Virus record (IMG/VR): IMGVR_UViG_3300027972_000001
Span: 28,169 to 92,168 of that record
Length of the DNA: 64,000 nt
Direction: 5' to 3' (one strand)
Source: a virus
How positions within the stretch are numbered: position 1 is the stretch's first letter; every line of letters begins with the position of its first letter. Under the pieces are notes generated by a model, which worked only from the letters and a program-made list of their open reading frames with translations, had not been told where the DNA came from and ran no database searches. The translations under genes were made by a program, and so were the position numbers. Of the stretch, positions 1-10,025 are shown piece by piece.

Positions 1-225
1 AATTCTTATATTGAATCTGTTCCTGTAAAATTAAATGATACAGTAAAAAAATCATTTAAATGTTTTGTCAATAAAGACTGGAGAGAACCAAAATTTAATG
101 TTGTTTATCATGAAGATGGTGGTTGTAGTTGGAATTGTTTAATGCAAAAATTAAGAAATCCAGAATATGGTATTGTTTTTAGTATTCCTTATACTGATAA
201 ATCTAAATTCAAGATCAATGATTAA
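1..225 (+). CDS. hypothetical protein, 5'-truncated by the window edge
   Basis: Frame 1 is open from base 1 to TAA at 223-225 (NSYIESVPVK...KFKIND*); overlaps the next ATG at 218. Confidence 0.7.
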   Translation, partial: NSYIESVPVKLNDTVKKSFKCFVNKDWREPKFNVVYHEDGGCSWNCLMQKLRNPEYGIVFSIPYTDKSKFKIND

Positions 226-571
226 TTTTGATGTTACAGATGAACATTTAGAAGTAATGTATGAAATGAGTATAACTCAATATAGAACATTACGTAATAT
301 AAAAGTTCATAATGGACATGAAATGTTCAAAATGAATATAAATGATGGAGTAATTAGTAAAGCTAATTGTACTATTCTTAATAAACATATTTCCTTAAAA
401 TATGAAGTTGGACATTTATATATAGCTGCTTTAAATCTTAATAATGCACATAATAAATTTGATAAAATACTTAATCAAATAAATATTATTGCTAAACGTA
501 GAGCAATCGCTAATTTAATGCACATTCTTTCTTTAAAGGGGAGTGGACAAATTAATCTTAATAAATCTTAA
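218..571 (+). CDS. hypothetical protein
   Basis: ORF track gives 167..571; ATG at 218 (MINFDVTD) is coupled to the upstream stop and is the more likely start. Confidence 0.65.
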   Translation: MINFDVTDEHLEVMYEMSITQYRTLRNIKVHNGHEMFKMNINDGVISKANCTILNKHISLKYEVGHLYIAALNLNNAHNKFDKILNQINIIAKRRAIANLMHILSLKGSGQINLNKS

Positions 572-572
572 T

Positions 573-899
573 ATGCAGACATTATATACTGTAGAAGATA
601 AAGAAACTGGAGGTGTAAAAACATTACTTCATGTATCTAGTTATACTAGTATTGGGTTAGTAGTTGTTATTTATATGTCAGATGAATATGGTACTCATAA
701 AGGTACTGTACGTCGTATTTTTGCTAATATGATAGATGTTGCTTACCATAATGCGTTAAGAAAGAAAATTAAAGCACAAGGTGGTATAATTCATAAACGA
801 ATATCTTATACTCCTTTACCTAAAACTATTCAAAATTTAAGTGATTATCCAAATAGAGATAATAAAGGTAGATTTTGTTCAATTAAAAATAAGAAATAA
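573..899 (+). CDS. hypothetical protein with C-terminal RDxKGRF motif
   Basis: ORF track 543..899; ATG at 573 follows the previous TAA; basic C-terminal RDNKGRF. Confidence 0.65.
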   Translation: MQTLYTVEDKETGGVKTLLHVSSYTSIGLVVVIYMSDEYGTHKGTVRRIFANMIDVAYHNALRKKIKAQGGIIHKRISYTPLPKTIQNLSDYPNRDNKGRFCSIKNKK

Positions 900-1156
900 T
901 GAAATATTTAGTTATTGAATTAGAGGAAAGTCCTCACATTTTATGTAATTATAAATTTAGTGATGGTCCATATGAGCCTATTATTTATGAAGATAAGAAT
1001 AGTGCTTTTAGAGATGCTAGTAAATGTAAAAAAGGATTAGTATATCCTATTACAGATATTATGAAAATGTTTGAAAGAATAAAATTAATAGCTAAAGAAC
1101 ATGATGCTATTGATATTCTTGATGAACTAATGGCATTAGTAAATGAAGTAGTTTAA
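899..1156 (+). CDS. hypothetical protein
   Basis: TAATG-coupled ORF in a tightly packed operon. Confidence 0.7.
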   Translation: MKYLVIELEESPHILCNYKFSDGPYEPIIYEDKNSAFRDASKCKKGLVYPITDIMKMFERIKLIAKEHDAIDILDELMALVNEVV

Positions 1157-1171
1157 TATTAATAATATAAA

Positions 1172-1399
1172 ATGAAAGTATTTGATATTGAACTTATTGT
1201 AGCATATGATATTGGCGCTAATGAAATAATAGAAATATCACAAGGAACTCTTCCAACAGATACATTTAATTTTCATATCTTAGATAAAGATAGAGAAAAA
1301 AGTACTGGCAGAACTACTATAAGATTTGAAAATATAAATGATCTTCGTAAATGTTTAAATGATTTTGAAAAGAGGTTTAATCTAATAAAGAAAAAATGA
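1172..1399 (+). CDS. hypothetical protein
   Basis: 75-aa ORF with ATGA overlap to the next gene. Confidence 0.65.
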   Translation: MKVFDIELIVAYDIGANEIIEISQGTLPTDTFNFHILDKDREKSTGRTTIRFENINDLRKCLNDFEKRFNLIKKK

Positions 1400-2043
1400 A
1401 AATAGGTACTAAAAGTCTTTTATTTGGTGCGCATCAATTTATAATACATCCTATTATTGTATTTATAGCTTGGTGGAAACTTTATGGTTTTCCTTTTGAT
1501 CCTAGATTATGGGTTGCTTTTATAGTACATGACTGGGGATATTGGGGTAAATCTAATATGGATGGTGATGAAGGTGAAATACATGTTTTTCTTGGAGCCG
1601 ACATAATGCATAAATTATTTGATAGAAAACATAAAACTACTAATATTGGTAGAGGACAAACTATTATGATAGGTGGTACTTACACATGGTATAATTTTAC
1701 CTTATTTCATTCTCGTTTTTATGCTAAGAAAAATAATCATCCTATATCTAAACTTTGTGTAGCTGATAAATATGCTATTGTACTTGATCCTTGGTGGTTC
1801 TATCTTATTAGAGCTAGTTTAAGTAGTGAGATTAAAGAATATAGAGATCATCATTATAAACAAACTGGTGAATTATATATAACTAATAAACATTGGTTAA
1901 TTAGTATTAAAACATATCTTAATTTATGGGTTATACAGCATAAAAACAATTTAAATGATACATGGACTAAAAATAATGATCTTAGTCCAGATGGTACAAT
2001 AGGATTTCATGAAACTATAAAAAGAGAACTATATGGAAAATAA
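1396..2043 (+). CDS. HD-superfamily-like phage protein (putative metal-dependent phosphohydrolase)
   Basis: H...HD...H...H...D spacing: GAHQFIIHP, VHDWGY, EIHVFLGA, FHSR, LCVADK. Confidence 0.5.
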   Translation: MKIGTKSLLFGAHQFIIHPIIVFIAWWKLYGFPFDPRLWVAFIVHDWGYWGKSNMDGDEGEIHVFLGADIMHKLFDRKHKTTNIGRGQTIMIGGTYTWYNFTLFHSRFYAKKNNHPISKLCVADKYAIVLDPWWFYLIRASLSSEIKEYRDHHYKQTGELYITNKHWLISIKTYLNLWVIQHKNNLNDTWTKNNDLSPDGTIGFHETIKRELYGK

Positions 2044-2263
2044 TAATCCTAATCAAGGTTTACCTTTAGTATTTATGTACGAAGGTTTTATATATTCTAA
2101 AGAAGTAGATGGAATGTATCATGTATTTTTAGCTAATTATCCTAGAATACCATCTAATAGTGTCAATATAATATCAATTGCAAAAGCTAGAGAATTATTT
2201 GCTACTGCTAAATTTATAAGTAGTATAATAGTATTAACAAATAATGTAAATTTAAAAGTATGA
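2033..2263 (+). CDS. hypothetical protein
   Basis: Overlap-coupled on both sides. Confidence 0.6.
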   Translation: MENNNPNQGLPLVFMYEGFIYSKEVDGMYHVFLANYPRIPSNSVNIISIAKARELFATAKFISSIIVLTNNVNLKV

Positions 2264-3105
2264 TAATAGGTATTAGTGGTAAAATAGGAAGTGGTAAGGA
2301 TACTATAGGAAAGATTATACAATATCTTACTATGGTTGATTTTAAAACAATGAATTTATTAAGAAATGAAGATGGTAGTAAAGTTACATTTGAACAACAT
2401 TTTCTTAATAATATATATCTTCAATCATATTCCAATTGGCAAATTAAAAAGTTTGCAGATAAACTTAAAGAATGTGTTAGTCTAATTCTTAATATTTCTA
2501 GAGAAGATTTAGAGAAGATTGAAGTTAAAAATAGAATATTAGGAGAAGAATGGACTAGATATGGTTATGCTGATTATTTTTATAGAGATATGAATGGTAC
2601 TCCTATTATGAACAATAAACAATGTTCTAAAGAAGAATATGAAGAGCATTATAAAATTAATTGGCAAACTACATATAAACACGAATATACTGTTAGAGAT
2701 ATTCTTCAATTGTTTGGTACTGAAGCTTGTAGAAATCAAATACATACTAATTTTTGGGTTAATGCTTTATTTAGTGAATATACAGGTAAAACTGAAAAAT
2801 GGGATTGTGATGGAAATAGTATATTAGATATTTATCCTAATTGGATTATTACTGATATGCGATTTCCTAATGAACTTGAAGCAGTAAAGAAAAGAGAGGG
2901 AATTACTATTAGATGCAATAGAACTGTTTTTGAACAAAATGGAATTAAATATAAACTCAATTCTAATATGGATAGTCAAAGTAATCATCCTTCTGAAATT
3001 GCTCTAGATAATGCTACTTTTGACTATACTATTGACAATAATGGTACTATTGGAGAATTAATTGTAAAAGTAAAGGAAATATTAATTAAAGAAAGGATAA
3101 TATAA
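2260..3105 (+). CDS. deoxynucleoside monophosphate kinase
   Basis: P-loop IIGISGKIGSGKDT, FADKLK, RDILQLFGTE, IITDMRFPNE, HPSE, IDNNGT motifs of T4 gp1-like dNMP kinases. Confidence 0.9.
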   Translation: MIIGISGKIGSGKDTIGKIIQYLTMVDFKTMNLLRNEDGSKVTFEQHFLNNIYLQSYSNWQIKKFADKLKECVSLILNISREDLEKIEVKNRILGEEWTRYGYADYFYRDMNGTPIMNNKQCSKEEYEEHYKINWQTTYKHEYTVRDILQLFGTEACRNQIHTNFWVNALFSEYTGKTEKWDCDGNSILDIYPNWIITDMRFPNELEAVKKREGITIRCNRTVFEQNGIKYKLNSNMDSQSNHPSEIALDNATFDYTIDNNGTIGELIVKVKEILIKERII

Positions 3106-3275
3106 TGGAAATATTAATTAAATCAAACAAACCAGAATTTATTAAAGAACTAGCTGATGCTTTTTCTAGTGGTTGTTATATTGAAAATCTTCGTGAAGAT
3201 ATTCTTATAGAAAGTACAGATGTTATTGTAGAAACAGATAAGGATTTAATAATAATTAATATTGAAAGAAAATGA
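3105..3275 (+). CDS. small hypothetical protein (56 aa, not in ORF track)
   Basis: MEILIKSNKPEF...IERK*; TAATG start overlap and ATGA end overlap. Confidence 0.65.
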   Translation: MEILIKSNKPEFIKELADAFSSGCYIENLREDILIESTDVIVETDKDLIIINIERK

Positions 3276-3451
3276 AAAAATATGCTATTCAAGACGTTAC
3301 TGACAAACAGTATTATGCTGATAATAACCAATGGAGTAGTTCTATTGAAGATGCTTTACATTTTAATAATGAAGATGAAGCTTGGGAAATAGCGATTGTA
3401 TTGAATCGTGATTTTAGTTTTACATTAACTGTTATACCCATAATCTATTAA
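3272..3451 (+). CDS. small hypothetical protein (59 aa, not in ORF track)
   Basis: MKKYAIQDVTDKQYY...IPIIY*; ATGA overlap, ends 3 nt before thyX. Confidence 0.65.
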   Translation: MKKYAIQDVTDKQYYADNNQWSSSIEDALHFNNEDEAWEIAIVLNRDFSFTLTVIPIIY

Positions 3452-3454
3452 ATT

Positions 3455-4378
3455 ATGGAATTAATTAAATCTTCTTCACAAATTATGCCTTATGATTCTA
3501 ATCCTCTAAAGCATATTGAATTAGTAGCTAGAAACTGTTATAAATCTGAAGATAAAATAACAGATAATAGTTATACTAAATTTGTACAAAAATTAAAGGA
3601 TAGAAAACATATGGCTATGTTAGAATTTTATCCTTTTTATTTTCATGTTAGTACTAGTGTTGCAACACAATTATTATACATTAATAATCAACCAGAAATT
3701 AATGGTGACTTAATGATAAATGACGATAGAACTAAATCATATATGGAAGTTAGTTGTAATTTAAGAACAGCTATTATGATTAGTAAAGAATATGGTGGTC
3801 TCGCATATTCTATTTCTCAAGTATATCCTCAATTATTATTTTTATTTGAATCTATAAATAAAGACAATAATGTGACATTAGTAACAGATATGGAAGTTGA
3901 TATGTTTCTTCAATATCTTACAGCTAGATTTATATGTGATCGTGGCGTTACTCATGAATTAGTTAGACATAGAATGTGTAGTTTTGCACAAGAGAGTACC
4001 AGATATTGTAATTATGGAAAAGAAGATGTTAAATTTATTATTCCTAGTTGGACTAAATATGAAGAAGGAATACAAGAAAATGTAACATTTGATAGTGAAG
4101 AAGCAGAAGGAATTATGAGATTTAATATGTTATCAGTAGAAGAAGATTATCAAACATTAATTAATACTCATAAATATACACCACAACAAGCTAGAGCTAT
4201 TCTTCCTAATTGTCTTAAAACTGAAATTATTGTTCAAGCTAGATTATCAGAATGGAAACATATTTTTGAACAAAGATGTTCTAAATCTGCACATCCTGAT
4301 ATGCAAGAATTAATGATTCCCTTTAAAAAGAAAGTATGTGAAATAAGTAGTGAGTATAATGATTATTTTAATTCTTAA
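3455..4378 (+). CDS. thyX: flavin-dependent thymidylate synthase
   Basis: ThyX motif THELVRHRMCSFAQESTRY (RHRx7S), ARAILP, AHPDM. Confidence 0.95.
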   Translation: MELIKSSSQIMPYDSNPLKHIELVARNCYKSEDKITDNSYTKFVQKLKDRKHMAMLEFYPFYFHVSTSVATQLLYINNQPEINGDLMINDDRTKSYMEVSCNLRTAIMISKEYGGLAYSISQVYPQLLFLFESINKDNNVTLVTDMEVDMFLQYLTARFICDRGVTHELVRHRMCSFAQESTRYCNYGKEDVKFIIPSWTKYEEGIQENVTFDSEEAEGIMRFNMLSVEEDYQTLINTHKYTPQQARAILPNCLKTEIIVQARLSEWKHIFEQRCSKSAHPDMQELMIPFKKKVCEISSEYNDYFNS

Positions 4379-4381
4379 TTT

Positions 4382-4576
4382 ATGGCAACTGCTAAAGAAA
4401 CTGTTTATAATGAACTTTATGGACTTCTTGCTGATGACTCTGAATGTCCTAGTGATGTAGATCAAATTATTAAATATTTATGTGATTATTTCAGTACTAC
4501 TGAATTAGCTGGATTAATTGAACATATAAAAGAAGAAAAAGGAATTGAAATTGATAATGACAATGATGATGAATAA
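4382..4576 (+). CDS. small acidic hypothetical protein
   Basis: 64-aa ORF with strongly acidic tail. Confidence 0.6.
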   Translation: MATAKETVYNELYGLLADDSECPSDVDQIIKYLCDYFSTTELAGLIEHIKEEKGIEIDNDNDDE

Positions 4577-4597
4577 ATTAATTTAAAACCTAACGAA

Positions 4598-4861
4598 ATG
4601 AAAAAGTACAATTTTAACTTTATGAAAGAAATGAGAACTTTCTTTAATCTTACTGATCTTGCTACAAAATTTAAAAGTTTAAAAGGCAAATTTCGTGCTA
4701 TAAAAGATAAAGATGAAGAAGGTCGTGATGTCTATTGTCGTAGATTTAAATATCCTAAATTAGTAGGTGCTATCATAATAGATGGAAAATATTCTTATAA
4801 AGTTATTACAACTCCAGATATAAATGGAGAACAATTAATGGAAAGAAAAATAAGGAGGTAA
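4598..4861 (+). CDS. hypothetical protein
   Basis: 87-aa basic ORF in operon. Confidence 0.6.
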   Translation: MKKYNFNFMKEMRTFFNLTDLATKFKSLKGKFRAIKDKDEEGRDVYCRRFKYPKLVGAIIIDGKYSYKVITTPDINGEQLMERKIRR

Positions 4862-4863
4862 AT

Positions 4864-6045
4864 ATGAGATTATTTGCAAGAGATATTAAAGGTAATATTA
4901 GGGAATATAATATTAATCAAATAGAAGATACTAATTGTGCTACTATTAGAACCGGTAGATTAAATGGTAATCTTATTCAAACAATTATAGAACACCCTTT
5001 TATACAAAAAGAGATTGCTAGTAGAATTGCTAAAAAGAGAAAGGAAGGATATGTTAGTTTAAAAGATTTAGGATATAATGAATCTAATACAGCTATTTCA
5101 GATCTTAATTTATTTTTAACTAATATTCTTCCTAAATGTAATACTGATGATAATAACAATCTTAAACCTATGAAATGTCAAAAATTTCAAGAAGGTAAGA
5201 TTAAATATCCAGCTTTAGCTCAACCTAAATTAAATGGTCTTCGGTGTGTTCTCAGATGGGAAATTAGAAAAGAAGGAGAAGGATTATTTGGAAGAGATGT
5301 AGAACAAGCAGTATTACGAACTAAAGAAGGTCTTGAATATTATATGCCACATATTACAAAAGATCTTACTAAAGATATGTTTGAATCTGAAATAGGAGAA
5401 TTAGTATTTGATGGTGAATTATATAAACATCATATACCATTGAATGAAATTAAAGCTAGTTGCCCTATGATAAATAGTAGAGGTACATTAAGTAAACCTT
5501 CTGGTAATCCATTAGATATTTCATTTCATGTTTTTGATTTAGCTATTCCAGATGTTGTTCAAGATGCTAGACTTGCGACATTAAGTAGTGTTAAACTTTT
5601 TGATGCATTTACAATTAAATATGTAAATCATATATGTATTAATAGTGATCAGGAAGCAATGGAATTTAGAGATGAAATGATTAAAGTAGGTTATGAAGGA
5701 TGTGTAATTAGAGAAATTGATGCTGAATATGCTTTTGGATTTAGACCTTCTTTTATACGCAAATTTAAAACTCATATGGATAGTGAATTTCTTATTATTA
5801 ATCTCATTCCTAAACCTAGTGATCCTACTCTTCCATTGTTTATTCTTAAAAATGATATAAATGATGAACAATTTGAATGTAATCCTAGTGGTAATTGGAA
5901 ATATCAAAGAGATTTAATGGAAAATGCTCATGAACTTATTGGTATGTATGCTACAGTAAGATATAGAGAACGTACTGGAACTGAAAAGAAACTTCCGTTT
6001 CATGCTAATGTTATTGGAATTAGAAAAACTAAAAATGAAGGATAA
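4864..6045 (+). CDS. ATP-dependent DNA ligase
   Basis: Motif I QPKLNGLR, III FDGELY, IIIa FHVFD, IV YEGCVIR, V KFK, C-terminal OB fold (ATVRYRE..LPFH). Confidence 0.92.
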   Translation: MRLFARDIKGNIREYNINQIEDTNCATIRTGRLNGNLIQTIIEHPFIQKEIASRIAKKRKEGYVSLKDLGYNESNTAISDLNLFLTNILPKCNTDDNNNLKPMKCQKFQEGKIKYPALAQPKLNGLRCVLRWEIRKEGEGLFGRDVEQAVLRTKEGLEYYMPHITKDLTKDMFESEIGELVFDGELYKHHIPLNEIKASCPMINSRGTLSKPSGNPLDISFHVFDLAIPDVVQDARLATLSSVKLFDAFTIKYVNHICINSDQEAMEFRDEMIKVGYEGCVIREIDAEYAFGFRPSFIRKFKTHMDSEFLIINLIPKPSDPTLPLFILKNDINDEQFECNPSGNWKYQRDLMENAHELIGMYATVRYRERTGTEKKLPFHANVIGIRKTKNEG

Positions 6046-7284
6046 ATGTCAAAAATAAATACTACTGAATTATTTCATCATTTTGCGAATAGAGTAGCAA
6101 AAAGTGAAAATCATGGAATGTATAGTTATCGTAATGATACTTTATTTTATGGTACTCATTGTATTACTAAAATATTATCAGTTAAGAAAAAAGTTGTTAT
6201 AATTGATAAGGAATTCAATAGAGTTGGTTCTTTTGGAAATGGTTATGCATATTGGGATATTGAACATTCTTTTAGTAAAGATTGGACAATTTTATATGGA
6301 AAACCAAATGAATATGATAAATGTAATACAAAAACTATCTATAAATATATTCTATCTACTGCTCTTCCAATAGTTGAAAGTTATGCACAAAAATATATTA
6401 TAGAAAGAGAATTAGTTAAAAATTCACGAGCTTTTACTGGTAACTATTATTCTCTAGGATCACTTGAAAAGATAAAAGAATTATTTGTTAAATTTAATAT
6501 TAATTCTAAAAAGTTTTATAAACATATTTACAATACAGTTTATAGTTGTCCAATTAGATATCATGGTTGGAGAAAACCTGAATATGATAGTGTTAAATTA
6601 GATAAACCTATTTCTTTTTGGTTAGATGAAACTAAATGGTTTGATGAAAGTGAAAGAAGAATAATAGAATTTAAAAATTGGAAAAATAAAAATGCAACTC
6701 ATATAGAAAAAAGAGGTATATTTAGATATAAAACTTACAAAGAAATATGGGCAAATGAAGAATTACGTATAAATTTTGAAGAACTCGTTAAAGATACTCT
6801 TGCTCATAAAGCATTAGAGCAACAAGAACGTGAAAGAAAAATGAATGAATCACGTATTCTTGAAAATAAAATGCAATTAGAAGAATGGTTCAATGGTAAA
6901 TCTACTACTTTATGGTATATTCCAATTGAACTTCGTTTAAGTGTAAAAGCAAAAATAGCTTCAATGCCAGATGGTGTATTTAAAATTCCAGCTGATATTC
7001 TTGAATATGAAGTAGAAACTACTAAAGGTGCTAGAGTTCCACTTCATCATGCTGAAAGATTATTTAAGTTTTTCAAAAAATGTATAGCTGAAAATAAAGT
7101 ATATATTGCTCCAGTTGGTAAACATACTGATTCAGTAGATACTATCGGTGTATATCATTTAAAAGAAATTAATAAAAATGAAACTGGTTGGTTTATTCTT
7201 GCTGGCTGTCATACTATTTATAAAGATGCTATTGATAGATTTATTGAACGTTATAAACTAAATTGGAATGCAAAAAGTAACTAA
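6046..7284 (+). CDS. hypothetical protein (412 aa)
   Basis: Long ORF; motif-like C-terminus (ETTKGARVP...IGVY...AGCHTI); no function recognised. Confidence 0.8.
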   Translation: MSKINTTELFHHFANRVAKSENHGMYSYRNDTLFYGTHCITKILSVKKKVVIIDKEFNRVGSFGNGYAYWDIEHSFSKDWTILYGKPNEYDKCNTKTIYKYILSTALPIVESYAQKYIIERELVKNSRAFTGNYYSLGSLEKIKELFVKFNINSKKFYKHIYNTVYSCPIRYHGWRKPEYDSVKLDKPISFWLDETKWFDESERRIIEFKNWKNKNATHIEKRGIFRYKTYKEIWANEELRINFEELVKDTLAHKALEQQERERKMNESRILENKMQLEEWFNGKSTTLWYIPIELRLSVKAKIASMPDGVFKIPADILEYEVETTKGARVPLHHAERLFKFFKKCIAENKVYIAPVGKHTDSVDTIGVYHLKEINKNETGWFILAGCHTIYKDAIDRFIERYKLNWNAKSN

Positions 7285-7525
7285 AGATTTATTTCTTAGA
7301 TTAAAAGCTGTACGACCTATTATACACAGTATTAGTTATTATTATGGTATTCATTGGGCAAGTGATAGGTTAGTTGAAATATGGTATCTTGAATATCCTA
7401 CTAAACATATTGAATTTAAAAGTGAAAAGGAATTACAAGATGCCATACGTGTTATGATAAAAAGTACTGAAAGTGATCTTGGATTTAGATTTCCAGAAAC
7501 AACTAAAAAATTTAAATTAGAATGA
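7268..7525 (+). CDS. hypothetical protein
   Basis: Overlap-coupled ORF. Confidence 0.6.
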   Translation: MQKVTKDLFLRLKAVRPIIHSISYYYGIHWASDRLVEIWYLEYPTKHIEFKSEKELQDAIRVMIKSTESDLGFRFPETTKKFKLE

Positions 7526-7785
7526 ATATAGATGTTATTAAAAAAGCAGCAGATATTAATAAGTATAACAATGATATACCTATTATAACAAATATTGCTG
7601 AAAGGTTTATATATAAACCACGTATTGGTGCATTTGACAGTTATATAAGTGTAGTAATTAGAAGTTTAAGTGGTTATTATAAAACTTTTAATTTTCCTAC
7701 TGAACGTGCTTTTGAAAATGCTTTAGATGATCTTGCTAAAAACGGTATTGGTGATCTAAAACGTATTAAAAAATATACTAAATAA
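7522..7785 (+). CDS. hypothetical protein
   Basis: ATGA-coupled ORF. Confidence 0.6.
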   Translation: MNIDVIKKAADINKYNNDIPIITNIAERFIYKPRIGAFDSYISVVIRSLSGYYKTFNFPTERAFENALDDLAKNGIGDLKRIKKYTK

Positions 7786-7811
7786 AATATTTTAAAATAG
7801 TACGTTTTTTA

Positions 7812-7843
7812 TTTGGAAATGTCAATAAAATTGTGTAAATTTA
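7812..7843 (+). promoter_or_regulatory. Bacteroidota-type housekeeping-sigma promoter (-33/-7)
   Basis: TTTG-N20-TAAATTTA in an intergenic gap; consensus is TTTG-N19-21-TAnnTTTG. Confidence 0.65.
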
Positions 7844-7866
7844 AATTAAATTAAACTGATAATCTT

Positions 7867-8556
7867 ATGAATAATGTTTTTACTATTGTTAATGATTATG
7901 AGAATCTACTTAAAGAAGTAGAGGATCTTGGTGGAGAGATTACACCTGAACTTGAAGAACAACTTGTTATTAAAGAACAAGAGGTCGCTAAAAAAGTTAG
8001 AGGATATTATTATGTTATTAAGACTTTAGATAGTCAAATACTTCTAGCTAAAGATGAAATTGAAAGATTAAATGGACGAATTAAAGTTAAAGATAATCTT
8101 ATTAAACGTCTTAAATCTTATGTTAATTTAGCAGTTGAAGCATTTGGTATTATAAAACCTAAAGCTGTTGGCAAAAGTCTTGATCTTGGTGATCTTAAAG
8201 TTTGGCAAAAGAAAACTGAAGCTCTTGATGTTACTGGTGAAATTGATGATGCTAGATTTTGTAATAAACATATTAAATTTGAATTATCTTATGAAGAAAC
8301 TAAAAAAGTTTTGCAGATATTAACTAGTTCTGATTATAAAGGAGCGTTTCCTATAATTTCTATTATTCCTCTTAAAGATAAACTTAAACAATGGCTTATT
8401 GATAATGAAGAAGAACATAAAAAAACAATATCTGAATATAAAGAGAAAGTAAATACATTAGTTCCTACTACTCCTAATGTTAATCTTCTTACACCAGATA
8501 TTAAAATTCTTCTTAATACAGATCTTAAACATAATAGTACTGTAATATTCAAATAA
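7867..8556 (+). CDS. Siphovirus Gp157-like protein
   Basis: GGEITPELEEQL, KKVRGY, AKDEIERL..RIK...IKRLKSY, C-terminal STVIFK. Confidence 0.75.
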   Translation: MNNVFTIVNDYENLLKEVEDLGGEITPELEEQLVIKEQEVAKKVRGYYYVIKTLDSQILLAKDEIERLNGRIKVKDNLIKRLKSYVNLAVEAFGIIKPKAVGKSLDLGDLKVWQKKTEALDVTGEIDDARFCNKHIKFELSYEETKKVLQILTSSDYKGAFPIISIIPLKDKLKQWLIDNEEEHKKTISEYKEKVNTLVPTTPNVNLLTPDIKILLNTDLKHNSTVIFK

Positions 8557-8562
8557 TTTATT

Positions 8563-8886
8563 ATGACTAAAAAAGCATTTACTAATTTATTTAATATTTA
8601 TTATAAGCAAGGACTTAAATCATCAAGTATTGATAGTATGCATAAAATTACTAAATTAAGTGTAGATTTATGCACTAAACTTATAACTAATATTTGGGGA
8701 TGTACTGATCCTGATTATTTTGGTCAAAATATATATCAATTACTTGAAGCTAGTGCTGATAGTGATGGAAATATTCAATTTGAACCAAAACTAAAAACAT
8801 CATCTTGTTGTATGTATATTATATATCCTGATGAACATGCTGCTGTATTTGCTTTATATAAAATTAAAAAATATAAACATGTCTAA
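8563..8886 (+). CDS. hypothetical protein
   Basis: 107-aa ORF in operon. Confidence 0.6.
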   Translation: MTKKAFTNLFNIYYKQGLKSSSIDSMHKITKLSVDLCTKLITNIWGCTDPDYFGQNIYQLLEASADSDGNIQFEPKLKTSSCCMYIIYPDEHAAVFALYKIKKYKHV

Positions 8887-8983
8887 TTTACTGCAATTAT
8901 TGAAAGAACTATGGTTATTAGATATAATAGTCGTAGTGTTAATGATATTAATAATAATAACTAAAGAAAATAAAAATGGCTGA
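8879..8983 (+). CDS. possible 34-aa single-TM peptide
   Basis: MSNLLQLLKELWLLDIIVVVLMILIIITKENKNG*; 8-nt overlaps with both neighbours. Confidence 0.35.
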   Translation: MSNLLQLLKELWLLDIIVVVLMILIIITKENKNG

Positions 8984-10019
8984 TAATCTAAATGTTAATC
9001 GTTTTACAAAGACAGTGTCTTTTGTAAGTGCTATCGAACCTGCTTGGCACCGTAAAGGAACTATACTTCCTGGCAAGTTTACTGCTGAAGAAGCAATGAA
9101 ATATGCTAATATGGGATATATAGTTGCTTTAGCTCCTATATATGCAAAATTTTCTGATGATAAAACATTATCTGAAAGAGAAAGAGGTGTTAAATTAACT
9201 GAAAATTTTGCTACATATCGTACTGATACTAAAGAAGTGTTTGGAGTTGTAGGAAATAGATATGAAATTGTTCAGAATACTGCCGCATTTAGTTTCTTTG
9301 ATAGTATTGTTGGTGAAGGTAAAGCAATATATGAAACTGCTGGAGTATTAGGTATAGGTGAAACAATATTTCTTACTGCTAAATTACCTAATAGTATTGT
9401 ACTTCCAGGTAATGATTTAGTAGATCAATATATACTATTTACTATGTCACATGATGGTACTAAACCAGTAAGTGCTATGTTCACTCCTACTAGAGTTGTT
9501 TGTGCTAATACTTTAGCAATTGCTCTTAGTAATAATAGTAATAAAGTAGTTATTAAACATACTAAATCAGCATTAGATAAAATTAAAGAAGCTGGAAAAC
9601 TTATGGGATTAGTTAATAAACGTAGTGAAGCTACAGTAGAAATTCTTAATGCTATGGCTAAAGTACAAATTACTGATGATCAATTGACTGAATATATTAA
9701 ACTTGTATTTCTTACTAAAGAAGAAATGAAACGTCTTGCAGAAACAGGAGATCATAGAAAAGCTGAAATACCTACAAGAACTATTGGTGTAATGGAACAA
9801 GTTGCTGATTTTACATTAACTGGAGTTGGACAAGATGTATTAAGTACTAAAGGAACTTTATTTGGTGCATATAGCGGTGTTACTGGTTGGCTTTATAATA
9901 AAAAAGAATATAAGAATGATGATGCACGAATGAAAAGTTTAGTTTTAGAAGGTACTGATTATCAACTTAATAATAGAGCATTTTTGACTGCTGAATTACT
10001 AATTAATCAATGGAGATAA
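8976..10019 (+). CDS. DUF932 family (phage/plasmid-like) protein
   Basis: PAWH..G, VVGNRYEIVQN, YETAG.L..G, SHDG, TPTRVVCANTL, IKHT, GTLFGAY. Confidence 0.88.
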   Translation: MADNLNVNRFTKTVSFVSAIEPAWHRKGTILPGKFTAEEAMKYANMGYIVALAPIYAKFSDDKTLSERERGVKLTENFATYRTDTKEVFGVVGNRYEIVQNTAAFSFFDSIVGEGKAIYETAGVLGIGETIFLTAKLPNSIVLPGNDLVDQYILFTMSHDGTKPVSAMFTPTRVVCANTLAIALSNNSNKVVIKHTKSALDKIKEAGKLMGLVNKRSEATVEILNAMAKVQITDDQLTEYIKLVFLTKEEMKRLAETGDHRKAEIPTRTIGVMEQVADFTLTGVGQDVLSTKGTLFGAYSGVTGWLYNKKEYKNDDARMKSLVLEGTDYQLNNRAFLTAELLINQWR

Positions 10020-10025
10020 ATTATT

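Noticed and set aside
167-572. ORF-track starts at 167 and 543 (and 34640 for the cargo gene)
   Set aside because: They overlap upstream genes extensively; downstream ATGs at 218, 573 and 34610 are coupled to the preceding stops
2137-9800. Minus-strand and nested ORFs within the plus-strand operon (2137, 2539, 2639, 4486, 4977, 5581, 8334, 9609)
   Set aside because: Antisense or off-frame shadows of well-supported genes
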